Made by a program: the position numbers and the translations under genes. This document shows, one piece after another, positions 1 to 12,200 of a stretch of 17,077 nucleotides of DNA (positions are counted from its first letter, which is position 1; each line of letters begins with the position of its first letter). Source of the stretch: Perkinsela sp. CCAP 1560/9 (taxonomy: Eukaryota; Protista; Euglenozoa: Kinetoplastea); assembly GCA_965644495.1 (NCBI GenBank), contig CBFFSA010000085.1:1-17077 (forward strand), read 5' to 3'. The notes under the pieces were generated by a model. It saw only the letters and a list, made by a program, of their open reading frames with translations, had not been told where the DNA came from and searched no databases.

Positions 1-3000
1 AGTCATGCTTGCATTATCTTTGTGGGTTGATGACGAGAGATTAATATTTCCCTGTTCTCCTGCAGTTGTGATGTTATCTGAAGGAGAAGGGTTTCGCAAC
101 TTAAAATGGATTGCAAATGGATAGGTTCTTCCGTCGTTTCCACAGAAATAAATTCCCTTTGCTGCAACCCCACAATGAGAAACAAAAGGAGATGAAGATG
201 TCCGCCTTTGGGTGTCCCCCCATCGGAGAGACCATGTTCGTTCATGGAAGTGGGAAATTAGGACATGTGTATCCGAATTTGTCTCTCTTGCTGGAGATTG
301 GGTTTTATATCGTTGGGGAGCTTGTGAGGTTGGGTATTGACCAGGGATTTCGATACTTGTTGAACTCCTAAAAGTAAGGAGAGGAGAAGAGAAAAGGGAG
401 TCCCTCTCAGTTAATCGGAGCACTGTTTCGAGCCTTCGGATCCATTTTTCGAGGTTGAGTAATAAGGTAGTAGGGACACAGCCTCCATTGAATGAAGTCA
501 AAAGATTGAGAAAATCTTGTTTGTATTCTTCGTGAGTAGGAAGGAGAGATCGACGAGAAGAGCGAGAAGAAGAAGAAGACGTGGAAGAAGATGTTGAAGA
601 AGAAGAAGGGGGAGATGCAGGGGAAGAGGGAAGAGAACTTGATGAGGGGGGAGAAGAAGGGGGAGAAGAAGAGGAAGAGGAGGAGGGAGTTGAGAGTGAG
701 GAAGACGAAGGGCGAAGGAAGTACTCATTTTCTATTCTTTTAAATCGGTTTGTTAGTTTGTTCAAAGCAACAGAATCTAATACAGGATTTGGCTGATCAA
801 AGAAATCCATGAAGATACTTCTCAAGCCAGAATGCAGTATTTCTTCTCTGCAAGGGCGAAATGTTCGAATTAACTCAGATATCATCCACTCCAACTCCGT
901 GATAAGAGATGTGTACTTCACTCGAACTTCTTCCATAATTGACCGTGCAATTCGGTGTGCATTGGAGCGTTGAATATGTGGTGTAAGAGCTGAAGGAGAG
1001 GAAGAGGAGGGACGAGAAGAAGAAGTTTTTGGGTCTTGAGTATCAGGTAAACTGAAATTTGGTGATGAATTAGGTAACAAAGAAGACAAAGAATCTGCCA
1101 TTCCTCCCAAGTTTGGACTTGCTGCTGCCGTTTGAGATGATCCCAGTCCCTCTACTTTAGAGGTTGGTTCAGTTGCAGATCCTGAAAGTTTGGATGATGG
1201 CCGACCCAGTGATGAACTTGGCTGCTGTGGCCATTGTGTACTCCCCCCAATCCCTCCATTTGATCGCTCAGAAAAGGAAAAAGAAAGGTCAGAACTATTC
1301 CGAAATGGTGTGCTTGGCTGTTGTTGATCCTGGCGGCGATACCAATCTTCAAAGTAGTCTTCCAAGTGAGTGATAAACTCGCGCAGGTGATAAAAGAGAG
1401 ATGATGGGTGAACTTTTGCAACTTTACCTAACAAATTCTTCACCTTTGGTCCCAGCGGGGAAGCAGCGCATGTTAAAAGGAGAGAGAAAATCGATGGGAG
1501 GTACCGAGTGCATGACCAAGGGGGAACATTCTCAACGAAAGTTTCAACATCTTCAAGAAAAGTTTTTGCATTTCTCATTGCGAGTCGTGTTGATTGTGAT
1601 CGAAGAAGCATTCCTGTATCAACTCCTCCTCCTTGACCATCTTCTTGACGGTGCTGGGATCTTGCAACAGAAGCAATATTATGTTGAAGTCGGTCTAATT
1701 GATTTTCAAACCGAAACAACCATAGAACACGGGGCATCACTTTTGGGACGCACTTACTGTTACAGCACATTGCTTGAAGATACGCAGTCAAGGTATCATG
1801 CAACCAATTCATTCTCTGTTGGCTTGGAGATGATTCATCACTGACTGAAAGGTTTTTCTGAGAAGTTGAGGGAGGAGGCGGAGCAGCAGTGGATGCTGGA
1901 GATGGTGATGAAGATGATGACGAAGTGTTTCCACCAGAAGAGGTCAGAGGAGAGGAGGCGGAGCTTGAGAGAGGAGCGGAAGTGGGAGTTTCAGACTCCT
2001 CGAGTCCTGCATTCCTGAAATGGGAATCACAAAATTCACCCCAAGACAACCATGCATTTGCTAAATTCAGGTGTAAAGAAACAGAAGCACAGAATGCTCG
2101 AGCTGCTTCTTCATGTGATTCAAGGCCATGAAGGAGTTGGCCCTTCAGATTGAAAAACACTGCCTTTTGCTCAGGTGCGAAAAACTCAAAGTTTGTTCCA
2201 CTCAAAATGTCTCTTCCAAGACGATACATAGAAGGGGAATCCAAATAGCACTTCACCTGCTCTTTGAGCTTTACAAAGGCATCTTGAATCTCAATATTTT
2301 TCAAAGAATATATCATATTCAACCATTGCAAGCAGACATCATGAAGCCCTTGCTTTCGTGCTGTCCTCCCAAATTGATTGACTGTCCAAGCTGTCTCATG
2401 CTGTCCAATGAATGCTTGATTCTGTACAGCTTGACCCATATCAGCAAGAGAAAGGAGAGTCGTGTTCACAATGGTAAACATGTGGCCTCTCCAAGCCATA
2501 ATATCTTCCCATAAAATAATATCTTCCCAACGGTTTGGCAAGCGATCTCTCCAAGTTGCAAAGATTTTTTTGATTTCAGTGATATGCCGAGGATGCTCAG
2601 GAACTTGAGTTCGCATTGCTTGTAACTCTTTCAAAACCTTTGCACTATCATGAATTTCAACAACTTGTTGAAATTGACATAAAAGTTCCCAGTGAGCATC
2701 TGGAGATGTCAACTGTAACCAACGATGGATGCTGCGACCCCACGAAATCGATGTGGGAAATAAGGAAGGAAGCCCATTCCATTGTTTGAGGGCTAACTGG
2801 ACACAGTTTCGGTATCGATTCTCCACCTCAACAGGTTTAAAATCATGGCAACAAACATAACTTTGATAAAGGGTTGACCAGAGAGTCTCTTGGTTCACAT
2901 TTTTGAGTGTTGCATCTTTCATCCTTGCCCATTCACCCATTTTCCAACAGGCTTGAAGAACCAATCGCAGGTTATGTTGAACTCTACCAAAGTCAGCAAT

Positions 3001-3265
3001 AATATCCCACTGACATAAGTGGCGCGCACAATCTAACCAAACCTCTTCCCACAATCTCTTTTCCACCTCACCAGCCTGCTGTACAGCCTGAACCTGATCT
3101 TTTGGGATCTCAAATGCAGCTTGTTCAAGAGGGAAAGAAGGAGGTGCCATTAACCTCATTGCTACATTCTGTGCGCATGAATAAAGACTCAGTTGCTTCA
3201 AAAGCAAACATGAACGAGTACACTGCGAATATGACTTCTCTCTCCTTAATCCAGATCGGAGATCC
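1..3265 (-). CDS. TRRAP: TRRAP exon 5, 3'-partial (FAT domain, FRB-like region, start of pseudokinase N-lobe)
   Basis: Translated by hand to position 1 with no stop; contains WRDRLPNRWED, IEIQDAFVKLKEQVKCY, AWLSWGEFCD, PRVLWLF, KVAKVHPSSLFYHLR, IEIPGQY and GIYFCGNDGRTYPFAI. Confidence 0.92.
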
Positions 3266-6200
3266 CTGATTAAAAAATTAGTTTCAGTTAAGAAAACAAT
3301 AAAGTGGAAAGGAGTGAAATAAATTAAAAAAAAGAAATGATACGTTTCTCCAAGGAACAAATATAGGTCACACAAAGCACTATTGATTGGACCAATTTCA
3401 AGTTTGATCTGGTTTGCTGGTGATAACCGAGAGATACTTGATGAGAGACAAATTGGGTATTGATCAAATGGCGTTGTGTTCAACCGGGTTGGAGCAGGCT
3501 CATCACTTGATAATCCATCCATCAAACTCTCTTTTCGCATTTCTAATAATCGCAGGGCTGCATATGGAGCATTAAATCGTTCTCCGAGAGCACGAATGAG
3601 TACCGGAGGGAAAATAGGTGGGTCATCACACTGTGCAAAAGAAACAAGAAGTGTCTGGATTGGGTTTGGTGAAACTCCCACTTGAAGTACATGATATTCA
3701 GTCCCCAGGAGCGTCATCATTGAGCGAAGAAGAGACCCTTTCTGTTGCTGGTTGATGGATTTCCAACAAATCGGGAAAAGCCTCGAGAACAACATCTTGA
3801 AAAAAAAAAAATCAGTCAACCCAAGAAAAAAATTTAACCAAAGAGAGGATAACTCTAATTACCTGTGCAGATAATTTATCAAAAACACCTAAATTTCGGA
3901 GAGCAGTCATGAAATTTTTTGTGTTTGCATTTCCTTGATCTTTGGACCATTCCATATGCTTGTTAAAGAGCTCTTGTCGATAACCCTCTAAATCAGGAGA
4001 AATTCCTCCAATATCTGACATGACAACATCATCTGTCTCTTCTGCCTTCTCCATCTGAAAATAAGAAGGAGCGGTGAGGGTAATTTGTTCCTCAACTACA
4101 ACTGTCAATAATTTTGCTAGAGCAAGTCTGATCCAATAATAACGACCAATTGGTTCCCAGGTTGTTGGTTTAAAGATATATTCAAGACACTCCATAAGGC
4201 TCAATTCGACTCGCCCACAAAAAGAATCCAAAAATTTGTTGCGATATTCATTATTGTGAGAACACATTCCATGAAGTTCAAGCTCCATTCTGGATGAATA
4301 GGGGATTTCAGATGGCTCACTGCACAACACATCATACAAACTTCGCAGGTACCGTTTCTCAAGTTCAATTTGCCCACATGAACCAAACCGACTTAATTTT
4401 GTCAATATTGTCAGCATTTGTTTGTCAGAGAGACGAAGTGGGTGAACGTGTTTATGAGACTTATTCCCATTTTTGTTCTCAGAAGAATCTTCTGAATTGG
4501 TGTCCATCGGATCAGATTTTTTTAGGCTTGATGAAAGAGAAATTGACATATCCGATTTTTGGGTAGAACGAGAGGATAATTCCACCTTGAAGGAAGAAGG
4601 AGACAACCAAGGCTCATCCCCATCTGACCATCGCAACAAATTCAAGAGATCCAAAATCAAGAGTGGATGGTTTGTTCGATCAATCAACTCATTCAGGCAA
4701 TGATTCAGCTGTTCTTTGCACTCGTTAATTTTCGGGCGGAGAGCCAACAGCTCCAAACACAATCGAATACAACGGAGGGGGTAGTCAAGTGCCATGACCT
4801 TCGCTTGCTCTTTCGGACCTGAAGCAGCACTTCGTGGAAGATGATAACATTTTGTCTGCAAGATACTCATAATTGTAGGATAGAACCTGTCAACAAATTC
4901 AGGATGTTCCTGTGATAATGCTAAGAGAACCTTCAAGGTGCAACAAAGTTGGAGCTCCATATTTGATCCCTGTACCCCACGAGAAGAGGAAGAGGAAGAT
5001 GAATTTGAAGAGGATGAGGTTGAAGAAGTTGAGTCAGATGAAGTTGAATTTGTTTGGGGAGCGTGGCCCTCCAGTGTTGAAGCCCCTGTTTGTTCTGCTT
5101 TCCATGTTTGGTATTGAGTAAGTTGTTTCTCAATTCCATTTAAAATCCCTCTGAAAAAAAACAATACATCACTGTTCTTCTTTGGATCAGGAGAAAACTC
5201 TTTTGCAATCTGTTTCAGAAGGCTACAAAGAGACAGAACCACTGTTTCATCTCGACTCGCCAGAGCAACCATGAGGGCATTTTGTAATGTTTGTGTTCGG
5301 TTTCCATCAGAAACACAATAACTTTTCACAAAAGGAACCAATTGGACCTGAAATACCACATCAAGAGCACGGAGACTGGCTTTCACTAATTGAGGATCTG
5401 CCAAAGACTCAAAGTGAGACAGTTTTACTTGAAAATCAGGGAAGAGCTCCAAAAGTCTTCTTAAGAGAGAGAGCGCTCGTTGAGAGAGATTTTCGCCCTC
5501 TCGTCTCTCTGCTCGATCAGAGCGATCAGAACGATCAGGACGGTGGTCAGGTCGGTGATGGTCAGATGAGATGGCCACTCGAATTAAGAAAGTGATCGCA
5601 ATTTCAATCAAGCTATTTGGTGGATTGTATTTTGATGATGATGGATCCTTCGCAACAGCAGTAGATGGTGTCTGTTGTGATGGATTTTCATCTCCTTGTG
5701 GTCCTGATCCCACAGCTGGAAATGATCCAGATGAATTTGAAGGAGAAGATGCAGTTGATAAAGAGAGAAAAGAAGATGACATTGAACGAGAAGACGACCC
5801 TGTTGCATCAGCACTCTGGGATCCCTGGTTAATTGCTTGAAAAGGGTGAGACCCCTCAGTGGTAAGCTTTCTCCTTTTTGAAGATTGCGCCCCTTCAGTT
5901 TGCTTCGATCGCTTGAGAGAAGAAACTGGCCCTTCTTCTTGCTCCCCACTACCATCTCCATCTTCCTCTAACAGATTACGATTTTTCAATTCCCAATTGA
6001 TTAATAACTCAACGATATCAAGAGCTAAAACCTTATTTTCTACAGCTCCAGATGAGACAGCCCCAATCTTTAAAAGTGAAGGAATCATATGAGGAACAAA
6101 TTGACCACGAAACTCATAGAAGAGATCAGGATGTCGTGTAATGAGATGAAGAATATGAATGAGCTGAGGTACAGAATGTCCTTCGTCAATCAATAGCTTT

Positions 6201-9200
6201 TTGGTGCAAACAATCCAAGATGGATTTGGCATTGGAAAGCGGTGTGGTAAGTGTGGAGTTAAAATGTCCAGGGCTCGACGAACTAAATTTCGAGATTCTG
6301 GTTGATTATGACGAAGAAGAGCTAAGAAGACTTGTAGAATGATTCGTTGAGGAGTGTCTTGGTATACAACAATAAAGTGACACAACAATGCATATGCTCT
6401 CATTTTTGTTGTTGGATCCTCACTTTTTAAATGATGCCAAGCAAACCGAATTAAATTCTTGCGGTTATTTCCAATAACAGGGCTATCAGGTAAATATTTG
6501 ACAAACAAAGTGGCAAATAAAAGGAGCTCTACAATCAAAGAATTCCCTCCAATATTGCTGTTTTGAGGGTAAGAGGATGATCCAGCTGATCCACTACCAT
6601 CTGTTGCCCCAGGCACAGTTCCTGAACCACTTCCAGAACCACTACCTCCACCACCACTCCCTGTTCCCCCATCCATGTCTTCCATAGACGCTGACTGAAT
6701 CATATTGGAAACAATTGTCCCAATTACTTCATTGTCAAGCATCAAATGATTGTCATGGCAATGGAGGAATGATTGTTCCAGCAATGGGAGAATTAATATC
6801 TGGAGCGCCTCGAGTTTGATTTGGTATTTGACTTTGTGATCGGTAAACAGAGTCAGAAAACGAGCGAGAATGTAGCGCTTCTGGATTGCAGAACAAGTCG
6901 TCGCAATTTTTTCATAGAAATTCTTCAAAAAGGTGTAGTCAATCGTACTTCGATAAGTAAACACGAACAACATATAGAATAAGAGAGACACATCATCATT
7001 CTTGTTTGGTGAACAGCTCAGATAATTTACAAAGCATTTAAGGAGCTGCTTGGAGGTTCGGAGTTGAGAGGGACTGAGACCAAGATCAGCATGACCTTTC
7101 TCATCGGTGTTTCCTTGATTATTCTTAACCTTCCAAAGATTCACCAGAGGCTTAAATAGCACATTATAAGCTTTCTCTTCAGCCAACCAATCAGGATGTT
7201 TTTTTTGTAGCACATAAACAATTGCCACACCCTGCTGGTTTAAGTCCAGCCAATCATCTTGGACCATCCTCTCTTTGTCGGTCACACCAGGTGGAAAAGG
7301 AGGCTTAGGATGAGGGTCCATTTTAAAAGTTGCATTTCCGATCAATTCAGGATTCTTACGCAAGTAGTCGCACAAGGGTCCAGCTTCAGGTGACCGAATG
7401 GTCAAGTGAAATAATTGACTCATCTCAGGCTTTGTAAGTCGTTGAAGGAAATAGTCGCATGACTAGCAAGAGAACAAAGTCAACAAAGGTAACAGGTTAC
7501 GAGAGACTTTTTTTTAAAAAAAAAGTTAAATGAGAAAAAAACCTCTTTTGGATAAACATTAAAATACTTCACTAAAGGGGACAAATAGGGATTACAAATG
7601 CGAGCACCGGGTAATTTGGAACTCACTTCTAATGAGGTCATAACAAGATCCTCTAAAAATTTACTCGCTGCAGGATGAGGCAGAAGATGGAAGATCCGCA
7701 GGATTGCACAGATCACATCCATGTCATCATGCTTCGGTGGCATCTAAATTAATTAATCAAAATCAATATTTTTTTAAAAAAAATCAAAATCTCCCCCCAA
7801 AAAAAAAAAATACCTTCGTCCACTTTTTGAAGTGTTCAAGAAGCTTTTCACCAAGGGTGATATTAAAACAATTGGTAAGCATTTCCAATAAACGAGCAAG
7901 CCCATCCAAAAGAGGGACAGTCAACTTTCGATAGTCAGCCAAATTAAGAAGGGTAGGTCTCAAACAAGCTTGTAAGAGATCTTTTGGGAGCTTTTGTTGT
8001 GGTTGAATCAAGATTTCATTGAGCCCATCCTTTGCAGCAGACACAACACCCATCTCCCGATTTGTTAGAACCTTCAAAAAGACTCCAATCATTTTATTTC
8101 TCACTTCTTGGAACTCAGGCCCTTGTAGAGACGGACAGCCAGCAACAGTTGTAAATAATTTTAGAATTGTCTGGCGAAGAGTTCGGATTTCAGGTTCCTG
8201 GACTTGGTGATGTCGATGATGTTGAGAAAAGAGATGAATGAGCATGGAATTATCCACATCAGCAATTTGAGTTGCATCATCAAGAAGCGAAAGAAGATAG
8301 GAATTGTACTCAGTCGTGACTGGCCGTAAGGATAAAACATAGGATAATGCATCAAACATAGCAATTTGATTTGGGACTGGGAGGCATCGAAGTCGGGAAG
8401 TTGAGTGAGATGAAGATGAAGACGAAGGTTTGGGAGGATGTGGGCGATGAGATGAAGAACTTGTGGAAGATGACTGAACTGGAGCAGTAGAGGTGGGAGG
8501 GGCTGGCGTTTCTGTTGTTGATGTTGAATAAGGGGTTGACTGTGGGGCTGTTACTGACTGTGGGGCTGAAGTTGACATTGGGTATGAATAAGGGGGATTT
8601 GAAGGAGTTTGAGGGTTGGAGGATGGAATACCACTTGAGGAAGGAGGATTTCCTGTTGGAGGTGTGGTACTTGGTGGGTATGATGGAGTGCCGGAAGTGG
8701 AATTTGTTGAGAGAGAGCCCGAGGAAGAAGCTGCTGTCGCTGCTGGAGGATTGGAGATGCCCGAGGTAGAAGAGAAAGGGGTAGTCTGGCCTGAAAGATC
8801 AAAAGAAAAAGTAGTTGAAGAAGATGATGATGACTGTGTTGTTGATGATGCGGTTCCTGAAGTAGATGAGAGGTAAGGTGAATAAGAGGGTGGGTGATTT
8901 AGATGAGAAGAATGTTGCAAAGAATGTTGATCAAAAGTTGTTCCAGAATCAGCAGATGCAGAAGGGGCAATAGAAGACCCTGGCCCAGTAGATCCTGGGT
9001 GATAACTACTCATCGAAGGATGTGAGGAAACTTGCCCACGAGCACTGGAGTGTCCTTCAAGTAGACCTCCACCAGTAGAACTATTTGGTGGATTCCCCAC
9101 AGAAGGAATTGGATGAGATCCACGCAAAGGGGTCGAGGGCAAGTCAGAAGACTTTTGGCGCCTTGTTCCTTCTGGATAAGATGCACCTTGAGACAACAAC

Positions 9201-12200
9201 ATTGGAGGGGCAGGGTCAGATCCACAAAGAAGGTGTTGCAGAAGATAGGATTGATGAGTTTGAATGATATCTGAGAGTGGGACAGAAGTTGCTTGAGAAA
9301 TTTCTTCAAGAAGCTTTTTTGCTGTGGTTCGGACTTGACTTGAAGTATTGACCAATTCTCGAAGCACGAGTCGAACCAATTCAGAGTGCAAATTTAAAGT
9401 GGGAGATTCACAATTTTTGGAAGCCTCATCCGTCAATCCTCCCAACATTGTTGGAGATGAACAAGGTGAAAATGTTATTTTCACTAAATTACAGAGAAGT
9501 GAATCAACTAGATCAGGGGTATCGAAGGAGATAATGGTAGGGACTTTCTGAAGGACAAAAAAAAGAGCCTTAAAGATCGAGAGAGTATATGGAGACAAGA
9601 AAGATGTTGGTACATTCTCAACCAATTTTGCAATCCCTGTTGCTGCCCCACTCTTGAAATGCCATTCGCAGTAGTGTGCTCGTTGGCAGAAATAAACCAG
9701 AAGATACCGACAATAAAAATGACAAGGAGGAGTTTGGAAGGACCCAAAAAATGAGATCATTGTTTTGATACTGCATTCTAAGAAGTCAGCCACATCCTCT
9801 TTTGTCCTTAAAAGGACAGTTTCAGTTGTCATTGCCGAAACAACAGCATCTGTAAAGAGGACACAAATTACTTCAGCAGATGGCCATGCCTGTAACTTTT
9901 GCTCATCAACTAAAACTCTTCCTTTAAACCCATTTGCACACATCAGGATGACATGCCGAAGAACAGCTTGCATAACATTCTCAACTTTCTCTTTCTCAGG
10001 GATACTGAAAGCAATTAAGGTACAATATATCAAGTCACGGAATGTTGACAGCGCCGCTGTTTGGTCAGGATGCAGCATTTTAAGGAGTGATTCCACACTG
10101 AAAACACCGAGATCATCTTCGTGTGGTTGAAGTGGAGTAGACTGAGCAGCTGATGCGAGAATAGAGGAGTCATAAGAGGATGAACCAAGAAAAGCTCGAA
10201 GCAGAACCTCAATGACATCAAAGGCAGCCGCTTTTGCGTCAAGTTTTGCAGATACTGAGAGTAAGATCTGTTTGCAATGTGTAATGAGATGTCCAATCGA
10301 GAATGAATGTTGTTGCTGGTCAATCGCCCCTTTGAACCGAACCATCATTTTAAGTGAATCCACAGAGCCAACAACCTCCAAGACTCGAGAAGGATCATCT
10401 AACTTCAAAAATTTTGCAAGGTCCATCTCTTCTTCTTTTACAGGTCTCCCAAGTTCTCGAGAAATCAATTGATGACGATTCCGTCCAGCCATCTTTCCTA
10501 ATATTCGAAGGGCACGAGGTCCGTGAGCATAGGTTGGTGTGTATGGTTTCAAGTGTCGATAGAGGGCCATTAACAACATTGGGCGTACATTGCTAATCAC
10601 ATTATGAAAGAACTCTGGTGAGAGATTGTCGACACAAAGTTCCATCATTCGTAACCCTTGACCAATTAAATCGATATTGGTGCTGTTCAATGCAGTAATG
10701 ATTGACGGAACAAGGAGGTGTAAGCATGATAACAGTGCTAAAAGGCGAACAGGCACGGTCAAGCAAAGTTCAACACATAAGAGACGATGTTTCTCTACCA
10801 ATGCATTTCGCTGCATCTCATTCAAACAAACCAACAAAGGAGGGAGAAAAGGAACAAATTCCTTATAAAGCAGCTCAAATTTACCACCTCCAATTGCACG
10901 AAACAAAAGGCGAAGGATAGCGAGAAAGTGGGAAGGATCCTTAACTTTGAGGGGAGAGCCCATAATTGATGTCACAAGAGAGCTCATTTTTTTCTGCATT
11001 ATTGTCTCATTTTCAGGAAAAGAAGGAATTGAGCCAAAGACCATCTCAAATAAACGGAGCATCGACTTTGCTTGAGATGGTGTTGCATTCTCCAAAGATT
11101 CCATATTATCAACCAGAAACGAGAGAATCATTTCAAAGAAGGCTTTTGAGATATCATGGTCAATATTCGAGTGAGACAAAAGGTAATGTGGAATCTTGAG
11201 GAAAATGTCTTTTTTGAAGATCAAGTCCAGAAGGGGATTGAATTTGTTTTTACACAAAAATACAAAGACATATGATGGGAGTTGTGATAAAAAAACGGCA
11301 AACACTTCCAAGAGGTCGGAAACTGAGAAATCCTGTCCTGGGGACGAGTCAAAGCATGATTGAAGATAAAAACATGGCAAAGCGTGTCGGACAGCACGAG
11401 CAAAAATCATACATTCATCGAGCGAAAAATTACCAGAAACTTCATTGGCTGTTTGAGAAGATGTTGTTGTTGAAGTTGTTGAAGAAGAAGTAGGAGCAGT
11501 ACTTGAGCCAAGGAGAGTACTTGATGGTGTTGATGATGGGAGTGAAGCAGATGAAGATGGTGGGAAACTTGTGGGATATGAGGAAGAAGGATTCGTTGCG
11601 CTATTCCCACTACTTTCTTCATCTGGATTCGTTGAGGTAGAAACTAATGAGCCAGCTCGTCCAACTCCCCCCACTTGGGAAAGATTGATAATTGTGGTTG
11701 TTATATGTTTCATTGAGGAAACCAGTGTTTTCAAAAAGCTTCGACAATCCCGCACTACATCAGCAGGAGATTGTGATGTTTGTTGGTTGATTAAGATGGA
11801 TCCACCTGTCCCAGTTGTGTTTGAATCTGGATTGCTCGGAGAAGAAGAAGATAATGATGACGAAGAGGGTGATGATGAAGAAGAGGATGAGGAAGATGAT
11901 GAAGAAGAAGAGGAATCAGGAAGAGAGGAGGAAGGAGAAGAAGGATCAACCTCCATCTTTTCTTTTGACATTGACTTTTTATCAGCAGTCAATTCTTTTT
12001 TTGATGTAGCTCCAAATTCAGGTGCGAGACTGATCTTGGAACCAGCAGGTAAACTTTCTACAAGACGTTCAAGGCGATGATGGATATGACCAAACTTATT
12101 AACAAAAGTGTCCAAAATGCGAATCAATAGGGCTCGACCGGAAATAGCATCTGATACGTTGCCCGTTACCTTTGTGATATCAAATACACAATCCACCAAT

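Noticed and set aside
2498-2529. 14-nt direct repeat ATAATATCTTCCCA with an 18-nt period
   Set aside because: It encodes WEDII/WEDIM in the conserved FAT motif; two copies only, so not a CRISPR array or target-site duplication.
3796-7813. TRRAP as several separate genes, a split gene or a frameshifted pseudogene
   Set aside because: Every break is explained by a 67-80 nt GT-AG intron whose removal restores the frame and the conserved motifs.
581-12080. Acidic Glu/Asp-rich + strand ORFs (581..796, 1889..2131, 5571..5840, 8616..8876, 11571..12080)
   Set aside because: They are antisense shadows of TCN serine tracts in TRRAP and show no independent gene signals.
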